From an uncultured Bacteroides sp. (lineage in GTDB: Bacteria > Bacteroidota > Bacteroidia > Bacteroidales > Bacteroidaceae): a stretch of 64,000 nt of DNA. Shown here piece after piece: positions 48,386-56,400 of the stretch (its first letter is position 1; each line of letters starts with the position of its first letter). The stretch spans positions 10,504 through 74,503 of the forward strand of contig CAZOVL010000002.1 in the NCBI GenBank assembly GCA_964583185.1. The letters are read 5' to 3'. The notes under the pieces are model-generated. The model was not told the DNA's origin. It worked only from the letters and a program-made list of their open reading frames with translations, and did no database searches. The position numbers were made by a program, and so were the translations under genes.

Positions 48386-49621
48386 TTATTGATATACATC
48401 TTTATACCAATCCAACTTTTTATAAGCTTCTTCTATTCCCATTTTTTTATTGTCAACTACACCAAATCTGTTAATACTTAGCCCGGAGTAAAAATCCACA
48501 GTTATAATTCTGTTCAATCTTGTTGATCTTGCTCCACTTAAAACTGTTTTAGTCGAGTTTTTAAATAAAATGGTTTTATTTAGTTGATCTTGCAGAGTAG
48601 CTAGTTCTTGCTTATCAACAAAAGAATGCATATAATGAACAAAATCATAAAATATAGGATCTCCAAAAGCATGATCAAAACCTTGAATTTTACGAGTAGA
48701 CCATCTACCATGTATATCTTCTAGTTTATAATTTTTCATAATTTTATTCATAACTGAAGCTAAGTTTCTAAGTTCTCCTGTTTTCACCAAACTGTAAGAC
48801 GCTCCTCCATTTTCTCGTTCATTTTTATCATACTCATTAAACACATTTTTAGCTACTTCTTCATAATCAATGTCTTTTTTCAATAATAAAGGCACTAAAG
48901 AAGGATAAGGATGACCTGTAGCCGGAAGTAAAGAGGTTCCTCCTAAAATATAGTCCGTCTTATCTCTTAACTGATAAACCACTTCAACACATTGCATTAA
49001 ACAAGCATCAAAAATGATATACTCAAATGTATTTTGAGGAATTGCATTAGCCAAATCTTTAATTTCCATGGAATATACTGCTGGTGTTCTCCCATATTTA
49101 TCTTCTCTTAAGTCTTCACCAAAAGATCGAGTCTGGACTTCACAGTTTGGAAAACAAGCAGGCAGCCAGCCTGTACCATGCGACCAAAGAATTAGACCTT
49201 TCCTTTTTGCACTTTTGGCATGATTCAGGTAATCTGAAAGGACCAAGTCAAGACGTTCTTTAGAAGCAGAGTTTGCTTCAGAATAGGTTTGTACAGTATC
49301 TACCTTCTGCTCTGAATCTTTTTTATAAACTTTCAAAAGTAAAGGAGGATTCTCAAGACTACTTGACTCACCATCATAGTAGATAAACACATCTCCTTCG
49401 GTCTCCGTATTTTGTATACCCTCTTTTATTTTCTCTATATTATTGAGTGCATCTCGATCCAAATCATTATCAGCAACCATATAAATAAGGACTGAAGATT
49501 TATTGGAATTTACTGTAGTGGGGGGTGCAGTATCAATATTCAAATCTTTTTCACAAGAAGATAAGAAAACTAAAAATGAAGCAAAACAGAAAATGGTTTG
49601 AAAATATTTTTTTATAATCAT
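48386..49621 (-). CDS. Clostripain-family (C11) cysteine peptidase lipoprotein
   Basis: Lipobox FLSSC followed by EKD, N-terminal block VLIYMVADNDL, catalytic His block LILWSHGTGW and Cys block IIFDACLMQ. Confidence 0.8.
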   Translation of the reverse strand: MIIKKYFQTIFCFASFLVFLSSCEKDLNIDTAPPTTVNSNKSSVLIYMVADNDLDRDALNNIEKIKEGIQNTETEGDVFIYYDGESSSLENPPLLLKVYKKDSEQKVDTVQTYSEANSASKERLDLVLSDYLNHAKSAKRKGLILWSHGTGWLPACFPNCEVQTRSFGEDLREDKYGRTPAVYSMEIKDLANAIPQNTFEYIIFDACLMQCVEVVYQLRDKTDYILGGTSLLPATGHPYPSLVPLLLKKDIDYEEVAKNVFNEYDKNERENGGASYSLVKTGELRNLASVMNKIMKNYKLEDIHGRWSTRKIQGFDHAFGDPIFYDFVHYMHSFVDKQELATLQDQLNKTILFKNSTKTVLSGARSTRLNRIITVDFYSGLSINRFGVVDNKKMGIEEAYKKLDWYKDVYQ

Positions 49622-49646
49622 TATTTAGAAATTAATAAAAAAGTAG

Positions 49647-50426
49647 TCATTTCTTTTGTAAAAACCCAACAACCGAATTTTCTTTCATCGGATTTTTAAA
49701 CTCTACTTTTAGTTTTGTATGTTCTTTGTTCTCAAAAGAGATAAATTTAAATTCAAAATCACTCATTCCATAGGTTGTTTCAACCACAAGATGATCAGTA
49801 TAGTTGGTATTAAATGTTCCTTCAATTTTATCTCCGGATGATAATACACCAATAAACCCTCCGTCTTTACTAAATTTCATTGATTTTATTATTCCTTTAT
49901 CTACCTTCATTTCATCGGAAAGTACTTTCCATTCGGTATCGAAGAAAGAAGACTCAAAATGAAGTGTTTTCTGACGGTCCATACGGAATAAATCATTTTT
50001 TTGATGAGGATTTTTACCCATAAATACGGAAATATATTCAAAGGAGTTCCCTTCAAAAGTTTTAGCCACTAAGGTTAAGTAATCTTTTCCTTTTTCGCCT
50101 AATTCAGGTATATCAATTCGAATATAAAACTTGCTTTTGGCAGTAAAAAATCGATAGATTCCTTCGTAATTACTATTGTGAGTAGAAAATCTACATTTGT
50201 TATTTTCATAAAATGAAAAATCAAATAACTTGCTGGTTGAATACCCTTTATCCATATACGAAATAGTCCAAGAACCCTCAATAGATTGTTTTTGTCCTTC
50301 TATTTCTGCATTATCTCCTGTAACAGGTAATGGCTCGTTCTTTACAGTCTCTTTTTCACAAGAAGAGAAACAAATACTTAAGCATAATAAACTCAGTAAT
50401 ATCAATTTAAATGAAGTGAGTGTCAT
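49647..50426 (-). CDS. Lipoprotein with two tandem lipocalin-like domains
   Basis: Lipobox CFSSC followed by EKE. Two repeats of about 95 aa each open with a G/T-x-W block (IEGSWTISYMD.. and FDTEWKVLSDE..) and show alternating beta-strand patterns. Confidence 0.5.
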   Translation of the reverse strand: MTLTSFKLILLSLLCLSICFSSCEKETVKNEPLPVTGDNAEIEGQKQSIEGSWTISYMDKGYSTSKLFDFSFYENNKCRFSTHNSNYEGIYRFFTAKSKFYIRIDIPELGEKGKDYLTLVAKTFEGNSFEYISVFMGKNPHQKNDLFRMDRQKTLHFESSFFDTEWKVLSDEMKVDKGIIKSMKFSKDGGFIGVLSSGDKIEGTFNTNYTDHLVVETTYGMSDFEFKFISFENKEHTKLKVEFKNPMKENSVVGFLQKK

Positions 50427-50495
50427 TTCTTTTATTGTTTAGAACATAAATACACCATAGAATCAACTCCTGAGTATTTATCATTATTAAAGAAT

Positions 50496-51734
50496 TCAAT
50501 TAAAAACATCTTTTAGCGAATTGATGGCAATAGTTTCTACAACTCCCATAGCATCATTTTGTATTCTGAAAGTGTTTAACCTCTTATGTTCTTCACCAGG
50601 GTTACAGATGAAATGAATCATAGTATCCAAGTCTTTTCTCATAAAGTTATCGTGCATTGTTGCACGCAAACTACCCTTGAAACTAACATTCAGTTCAGCT
50701 AAATAATCATTTTTCAGATTGCCTAAACTAAGCTCATTAAAAGTAAGGCTCATTTTTTCCAATACTCTTTTATCGCCCAAATTCATAGAGGAGAGAGTTA
50801 ATGAGTGATTTTCACTAGAGATGAAATTTAAGCTATACACATATATATTTTTAGCCTTATCCGGAGTAACTAATTTACCGTTTTCTAAAGGAACCATAAT
50901 AGAAATTGCAGCTTGACAACCTATTCCTATATTTTCAAAATCAATGTTCCATCGGGTACATTTAAGGTCTTTACCATCCACGCTATAATTATAAATATTT
51001 ACTTCTTTTTCATCATCGTCGGCAAATCCATACAATTCAACCTTTAATGATTTAGCCTCATTAGACATTGGAAGAATATCTTCATCATAATAGTTACGAA
51101 CAACTTTTATGGTATTTTTCTCATCGGGTTCTTGAGTATCAACTAGTTCTTTTACAATACATTTTACTACTTCCGATTTTAGATTCTTATATTGGGCATA
51201 AACAGAAAACATACCTACATTAGTAAAGGTATAAGTGTTACCCACGAATTCTAATCCATCAATAAACAACTTTATGTCTGTTGTTAAAACATCATCTTTA
51301 TCATCTTTTACAGTAAAAGCAACAGTCTTTCCAACAGGAATCTCATTTGGATTTGTGTTTAATTCCAAATAAACTTGCTTTTCTTCTTTAGCATCTGCTT
51401 TTATAACCTCAATTTGAAGTTCGTTACTATGATTTTTTTTATATTCCGCATATACTTTAAGAGTTGTTTCTTCTGTTACTTCAAAATGATTTCGTTTAAT
51501 AGTTTTTCCGTTAACGTAAAAAACGATAGATGGATCTGCTGTTACATCTACATCGTTAAACTTGGCTGAAAGAATGACATTCTGCCCTAAAATCGCTTTA
51601 TTTTCAAGTTCACAATTCGATTTCAGAAATAAAACTCCACCCTCTCCTTGTACTATTTTTTCCTTCTCGCAAGAAGTAAAAGAAATGACAAATAATGAGA
51701 TTACAATTAGTTTTAAAAAAATAAGATTTTTCAT
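50496..51734 (-). CDS. Lipoprotein with two N-terminal Ig-like repeats and an unknown C-terminal domain
   Basis: Lipobox SFTSC followed by EKE. Internal repeat: ..NVILSAKFNDVDVTADPSIVFYVNGKTIK..LKVYAEYKKNHSNELQIEVI versus ..KTVAFTVKDDKDDVLTTDIKLFIDGLEF..FSVYAQYKNLKSEVVKCIV. Confidence 0.5.
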   Translation of the reverse strand: MKNLIFLKLIVISLFVISFTSCEKEKIVQGEGGVLFLKSNCELENKAILGQNVILSAKFNDVDVTADPSIVFYVNGKTIKRNHFEVTEETTLKVYAEYKKNHSNELQIEVIKADAKEEKQVYLELNTNPNEIPVGKTVAFTVKDDKDDVLTTDIKLFIDGLEFVGNTYTFTNVGMFSVYAQYKNLKSEVVKCIVKELVDTQEPDEKNTIKVVRNYYDEDILPMSNEAKSLKVELYGFADDDEKEVNIYNYSVDGKDLKCTRWNIDFENIGIGCQAAISIMVPLENGKLVTPDKAKNIYVYSLNFISSENHSLTLSSMNLGDKRVLEKMSLTFNELSLGNLKNDYLAELNVSFKGSLRATMHDNFMRKDLDTMIHFICNPGEEHKRLNTFRIQNDAMGVVETIAINSLKDVFN

Positions 51735-51892
51735 TTGTTTTTATTTATTGATTGTTTAAAAAACGAATAATTATAAACCGGATAATTATTCCGAGTGCAA
51801 AATTCGGAAGTTTAATTCATCTCATCAATCACTATTTTTAGGTATTTTTTACCCAATTTAGATAATAAATACCACAGATATATGATTAAACA

Positions 51893-51900
51893 CAAAACTA
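51893..51900 (-). promoter_or_regulatory. -7 box candidate (TAGTTTTG on the minus strand) for the protease operon
   Basis: caaaacta on the plus strand, 159 bp upstream of the start at 51734. This would imply a long 5' leader. Confidence 0.25.
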
Positions 51901-52253
51901 GACAGACTTACCTCTCGTTTATATTCCGAAGTTTTAGATAAGCAAAAAAAAGAATCGAAAAATAAAAATCAATAAATAGAGCTATATAAGATGAGAAAGA
52001 ATAATAGGTTTCAATGAATAAAAGAACAATAAAAAAAGCTCTTTTATAAACAAAAAACATCATCACACATCCACAGAAAGACAAACAAGATGTAATAAAC
52101 TTTCACAAAAAAATATAGAGTTAATACTTAAGAAAGGAAGAAGTAGTGATAGAAAAGGAGCAAAGTTTTCAATAGAATGAAAAAGGGAATAAAAAAAGAG
52201 TCATTGTCACTTTTCACAAAGAAAGGACATTCTTTTACTAAGGAACAAATTAA

Positions 52254-52341
52254 CACCTCCTAGACCGAAGGGCTATCGGTCCTAGACTGAAGGGTGCTCG
52301 GTCTAGGACCGAGGAGGGTTGAGTCCTAGACCGACCGACAC
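52254..52341. repeat. Array of four 22-bp palindrome-containing units (repeat family, locus 3)
   Basis: Units: cacctcctagaccgaagggcta / tcggtcctagactgaagggtgc / tcggtctaggaccgaggagggt / tgagtcctagaccgaccgacac. Starts 69 bp downstream of the barrel-gene stop. Confidence 0.9.
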
Positions 52342-52409
52342 CCTCATTTCAAAGCTTAAAACAAAGCTTTTAAAAGGGTTTAATATCTATTATAAAAAGC
52401 AAAATTATT

Positions 52410-53105
52410 TTAGAAACGAAAACCTAAACCAAGAAAGAAAGAGTGCATGAAGCTTTGTTTTTTAGGATTAAGTTTTCTTCCTTCAATGGTTATATTTCTA
52501 GTCCCACTATATAAGTCGTAATTTGAAAAAGAATACCCTATAGAGAAAATAGCTCCACCTTCTAATTCTAATGACAGGGCTCCTCTAAACTGATAAAAAA
52601 CGGAAGAAGCTCCTTCATTTTGCACACGAACTACTTTGTCAGCAGACCAAACACCGGGTTGATTCGGATAGTACTCAACATCAAACACTGCATTTGCAGG
52701 TAGTGGGAGAGTTAAACCAGGCATAAAGGTAAAATACACCTCACAATCCTTATCTTTACCAAACACTACAGAAGGGGTTGAAAATTGCAGTGAAGGACGT
52801 ATGGAGAAAAAGTGACTTCCATCATTTTCACTTCCTGCACTCCAATTCCATTGTTTATCTTGTGACTTTCCGGCAAACCCTTCCTCATTAATAGGACGAG
52901 AAAAGACAAGACCTAAAGTTACCCCAACATAACGAAAGGGTTGATAGGTTACCGAGGGTTCAACTTCCCAAGCTGAGTAATTAGTAAGAGTTCCCAAAAA
53001 TTCTGCCTTCCAATATTTTCTGGGCACTTTTTCTTCTGCATAAACAGATATCCCTATTAACAGGAATAATCCTATTAAAAGAAATCTGCAATTATTCATT
53101 CTCAT
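52410..53105 (-). CDS. Small outer-membrane beta-barrel protein, family unknown
   Basis: Signal peptide ..GISVYAEE, amphipathic beta-strand periodicity, C-terminal ..LGLGFRF. 231 aa. Confidence 0.5.
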   Translation of the reverse strand: MRMNNCRFLLIGLFLLIGISVYAEEKVPRKYWKAEFLGTLTNYSAWEVEPSVTYQPFRYVGVTLGLVFSRPINEEGFAGKSQDKQWNWSAGSENDGSHFFSIRPSLQFSTPSVVFGKDKDCEVYFTFMPGLTLPLPANAVFDVEYYPNQPGVWSADKVVRVQNEGASSVFYQFRGALSLELEGGAIFSIGYSFSNYDLYSGTRNITIEGRKLNPKKQSFMHSFFLGLGFRF

Positions 53106-53130
53106 TTAGACGTTCTTCTATTTTTGTTTG

Positions 53131-53138
53131 CAAAGGTA
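53131..53138 (-). promoter_or_regulatory. -7 box (TACCTTTG on the minus strand)
   Basis: caaaggta on the plus strand, 26 bp upstream of the start at 53105. Confidence 0.4.
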
Positions 53139-53209
53139 GTTGTTTTCACAAAAAACAACTCATTCCTTTTCTTTCTTATTATATTACGAGTTCAACTCAT
53201 TTTAATTAT

Positions 53210-53241
53210 AAAAAAACAGGAGCATTTATATAAACACTCCT
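53210..53241 (-). terminator. Rho-independent terminator downstream of the out-of-frame GH18 tail
   Basis: Minus-strand AGGAG-TGTTT-ATAT-AAATG-CTCCT hairpin (plus-strand aggag at 53218-53222, ctcct at 53237-53241), followed by a T7 run (plus-strand A7 at 53210-53216). Confidence 0.55.
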
Positions 53242-53272
53242 ATCTTCTTTCTATAATATATTAAATCATTTA

Positions 53273-53533
53273 TTATTTATCAGACCAATTCTTATGATCT
53301 TCACTGGAAAGATGACTCCACTCAGTTTCATAGGGTTCACCCTTAATTACAAGCTCATCATCAAAAAGTTCTTTAACAAGAATTTCTAAAGTTTCAGTCT
53401 GTTGTACACCTTCACCCCTTAATCCAAATACCATATTTGCTTTATGGCCTTCTTTTCTTAATTTCCGTAGATTTTCTTCTAAATCCCATTGTCCAACAGA
53501 ATTAGTTTTATGGAAAACATACCCACGTTTTCT
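53273..53533 (-). pseudogene. Out-of-frame 3' continuation of the GH18 gene (86 open codons plus TAA)
   Basis: Minus-strand frame reads RKRGYVFHKTNSVGQWDLEENLRKLRKEGHKANMVFGLRGEGVQQTETLEILVKELFDDELVIKGEPYETEWSHLSSEDHKNWSDK*. It overlaps the last 17 codons of the 53479..54714 ORF in another frame. Confidence 0.6.
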
Positions 53534-54714
53534 CTAGATATTCCCTCAAAATCTTCAGTATAATCAGAAAGATCACCATAATCTGGAAGAACATAATCCA
53601 CAAAACTGCCAGGTTTGCTCCCTTCAACATCTACCATCTTTCGTAATGCCTTATATGAATATACAGCTGTGATTTTATCAGGCATAACTTTTTTTATTTC
53701 ATATGCTAAGCGAGATGAAGACTCAAAACTTAATGTAGGTAGCAACACAGCAGGATCACCTGCCCCATCAACTTTATTATACCCGTACTCATCATCTAAA
53801 AACAAACCATCCAAACCATAAAAATCATTAAACTTTTTCAACTCTAATGCAAAGTTTCTACAAGCATCATTCGTTAAGTTAGCAAGACCCGCTGGATTTG
53901 CGAGACCATCAAGAGCTCCGTGTGGAGTTAATCCAAAGATTACTTTCATTCCTTGATCCTGAAGGGGTCTTACATATTTTTCAATGTTATCAAACAAGAA
54001 TTTATTTTTCTCATTTAATGATACCTGTACTTTCTTTGTTTTGTGATTGTAATGTACATTAGCAGAAAATAATATGACTGCATCAAAAAGATACTTATCG
54101 CTTTTTTTCAACTTAAAATTCAGATGATTTAATGGGTTATCATTATTTATTTCCATACAACTGAAAATTTTAATACCGGTTGATTTTTCAATATTATTCC
54201 CCATAGATTTAACTATAATAGCTATATAAGAATCTTTTTCAGGAATCACAACATCACCTTTATTCACAGTAGCTTTCAATGGTACAACATACTCTTTCCC
54301 CATTTCCATTGTTTCTCCATACTGAATGTTAATAGTCAGTGAATCTGAAGCCATATTTCCGCTTTTAATATTTACTGTTTCTCCTGAAACAGTAATAAGC
54401 TCTTTAGGATAAACTTTATATGTTTTTTTATATTTAGCATTAATAGCCTCAACTAATGAAGCATCATATTTATATGATACTTCAATATCTTCTACTGCTT
54501 TTCTTCTCAAAACAAAGTTTATTTTTTTCTCTAAAACTTTCCCTTCTCTTATTTGCATATTAATTTTCTGTGCAACGGCATGTTCAGCATAAGCATATCC
54601 ATACAACTGTCCTAAAGAGTCATTATCTTTATCATTACAACCAGTCGTAAAGGATACTACAAAAATTGAAATTAGCATTAACCTCAATAATAGTATATAT
54701 TCGTTTCTTTTCAT
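53479..54714 (-). CDS. Endo-beta-N-acetylglucosaminidase-type GH18 lipoprotein with an N-terminal DUF1735-like domain (apparently truncated by a frameshift)
   Basis: Lipobox FTTGC followed by NDKDND. EndoH/EndoF-type active-site strand GLDGLFLDDEYGY. The ORF ends only about 100 aa after the catalytic Glu. Confidence 0.75.
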   Translation of the reverse strand: MKRNEYILLLRLMLISIFVVSFTTGCNDKDNDSLGQLYGYAYAEHAVAQKINMQIREGKVLEKKINFVLRRKAVEDIEVSYKYDASLVEAINAKYKKTYKVYPKELITVSGETVNIKSGNMASDSLTINIQYGETMEMGKEYVVPLKATVNKGDVVIPEKDSYIAIIVKSMGNNIEKSTGIKIFSCMEINNDNPLNHLNFKLKKSDKYLFDAVILFSANVHYNHKTKKVQVSLNEKNKFLFDNIEKYVRPLQDQGMKVIFGLTPHGALDGLANPAGLANLTNDACRNFALELKKFNDFYGLDGLFLDDEYGYNKVDGAGDPAVLLPTLSFESSSRLAYEIKKVMPDKITAVYSYKALRKMVDVEGSKPGSFVDYVLPDYGDLSDYTEDFEGISRENVGMFSIKLILLDNGI

Positions 54715-54742
54715 TTTTTATCCTTTTTAAATAATTATCTGT

Positions 54743-56389
54743 TTATTCAAAGTTGTTTTCTTGTTTATTTGGGTTCTTATCCCACCATAATTTTGTTGCA
54801 TAATCATCTTTTCCCTCTAAAAGTTGCAATACATTTTCGTAATTTGGCTTATCTTTTTCAACCTTAGGATATGGTATTCGAGATGCTAAATTCTCCGTAA
54901 GAGAATCATCACCACTTAAGTTTATAAGCACAGGGAAAAATTTAGGATAACCGGTGCGTCGTTGTTCACTCCATGCCTCTTGACCTAGAGGGAACATTGC
55001 AATCCATTTCTGAGTTATTATTTTTTCTAATTTAGTTTCCATTTCATCAGATTCTTCCCATTTAATAGTAGCCTCCGATTCGTTCTCTACATCGTAGTCA
55101 ACTGATGGATCAATGAGTAAATCATCTCCAAACAAGCTATAATCTTCTGGTGTATTATCTTCATCGTTAAGATAATTATCAATATCTTCTGCATCTGTGA
55201 TACCATATTGTTCAAATGAAACACGTATACCTTTTTCATAAAACTCTTGAGCAGTTCCTCCCATATCCCATCCTATCAATGCTCCTTCAGCTCTAAGAAA
55301 ATAAGATTCGCTAGCAGGCATAATTAATAGTTTACTACTAGCAACAGATGTACTTGTAGAAAACTTTTTAGCTACTTCTTGAGATGTAACAGTAATTCCA
55401 GATCTAATACCAACAAAAATAGATTCTTCTTCATCCCAATTACTAGCCTCTGTTTTTGTAAAATACTTAGCACGTCTAGGGTCATTGTATCCATTCATAT
55501 AACAAATAATATCAGCACAAGCTCTTGCATCACCCCATTCAACAGCAATCTTGAATAAGCCATTGGGTTGAAAAGAGTTATAAGCATTATCAGCATTTGT
55601 ATTCATAACGCCAAATTCATGTTTTACTGCAGATTCAGCTTTCTCTTTGGCCAACTCAGGTGCAGCAAATCGCACTCTCATTGCCATTCTTAATTTCAAT
55701 GTGTTTGCATAAACAACCCATTTTTTATAATCATTCCCATATATATTATCTAAAAGATCACTACTTGCAGCATAGCCTGGATTTTCCTTATAAAACTCAG
55801 TAAGATAGGCTATAGCCTCATCCAGTTCTTCAAACATTTTCTTATACAAGGTTTCTTGGTCATCGTACTCTACAGCCAAATCACCAGGTCTTAATTGTGT
55901 ATAAGGAAGAGGTCCATGCATATCTGTAAGTCTTTGAAAAGCTGTCACTCTCAAGATTTTAGCAAAATGATATAAGTGCTGAAAGCTCTCTTCATCTTTA
56001 GCTAGCTTTTCTACTTCAAAGAAACTTCTTCCAGTATATTTATATGTGTCTTCCATTGGAATCTTCAGCCAATTATCCGGAGCATTAAATGTTTGAAAGT
56101 GACTTTGCCAACCTGATTTAGAAACAGAGAAATAGCGTCCATAAACATCTCCAATAAAGCTTTGAGTCATTTGGTATGCGTTTTCCTGTACCGGATAAGC
56201 ATAATTTATTAATGTTGGGAAATGTGATTTTATAAGATAATAACCTTCTTTCATTTCCTTTTCTGTTGGTTCTCCCGGATTACGATTAAAATCCTCAAAG
56301 TCTGCAGTACAAGACATAACAAGAACCATTACTGTAACACTTGAAAATACTCCCAGAGTATATATGATATAATTAAAAAACTTTTTCAT
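54743..56389 (-). CDS. susD: SusD/RagB-family nutrient-binding outer-membrane lipoprotein
   Basis: Lipobox VMSC followed by TADFEDF, helical TPR-like composition. Sits immediately downstream of the SusC-like gene. 548 aa. Confidence 0.85.
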   Translation of the reverse strand: MKKFFNYIIYTLGVFSSVTVMVLVMSCTADFEDFNRNPGEPTEKEMKEGYYLIKSHFPTLINYAYPVQENAYQMTQSFIGDVYGRYFSVSKSGWQSHFQTFNAPDNWLKIPMEDTYKYTGRSFFEVEKLAKDEESFQHLYHFAKILRVTAFQRLTDMHGPLPYTQLRPGDLAVEYDDQETLYKKMFEELDEAIAYLTEFYKENPGYAASSDLLDNIYGNDYKKWVVYANTLKLRMAMRVRFAAPELAKEKAESAVKHEFGVMNTNADNAYNSFQPNGLFKIAVEWGDARACADIICYMNGYNDPRRAKYFTKTEASNWDEEESIFVGIRSGITVTSQEVAKKFSTSTSVASSKLLIMPASESYFLRAEGALIGWDMGGTAQEFYEKGIRVSFEQYGITDAEDIDNYLNDEDNTPEDYSLFGDDLLIDPSVDYDVENESEATIKWEESDEMETKLEKIITQKWIAMFPLGQEAWSEQRRTGYPKFFPVLINLSGDDSLTENLASRIPYPKVEKDKPNYENVLQLLEGKDDYATKLWWDKNPNKQENNFE

Positions 56390-56400
56390 TTTTTTCTTTA

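Noticed and set aside
53482-53533. Programmed -1 ribosomal frameshifting to join the two GH18 frames
   Set aside because: The required shift direction is -1, but no canonical X XXY YYZ slippery heptamer or downstream stimulatory structure is evident in the overlap. A homopolymer indel (real or from sequencing) is the simpler explanation.
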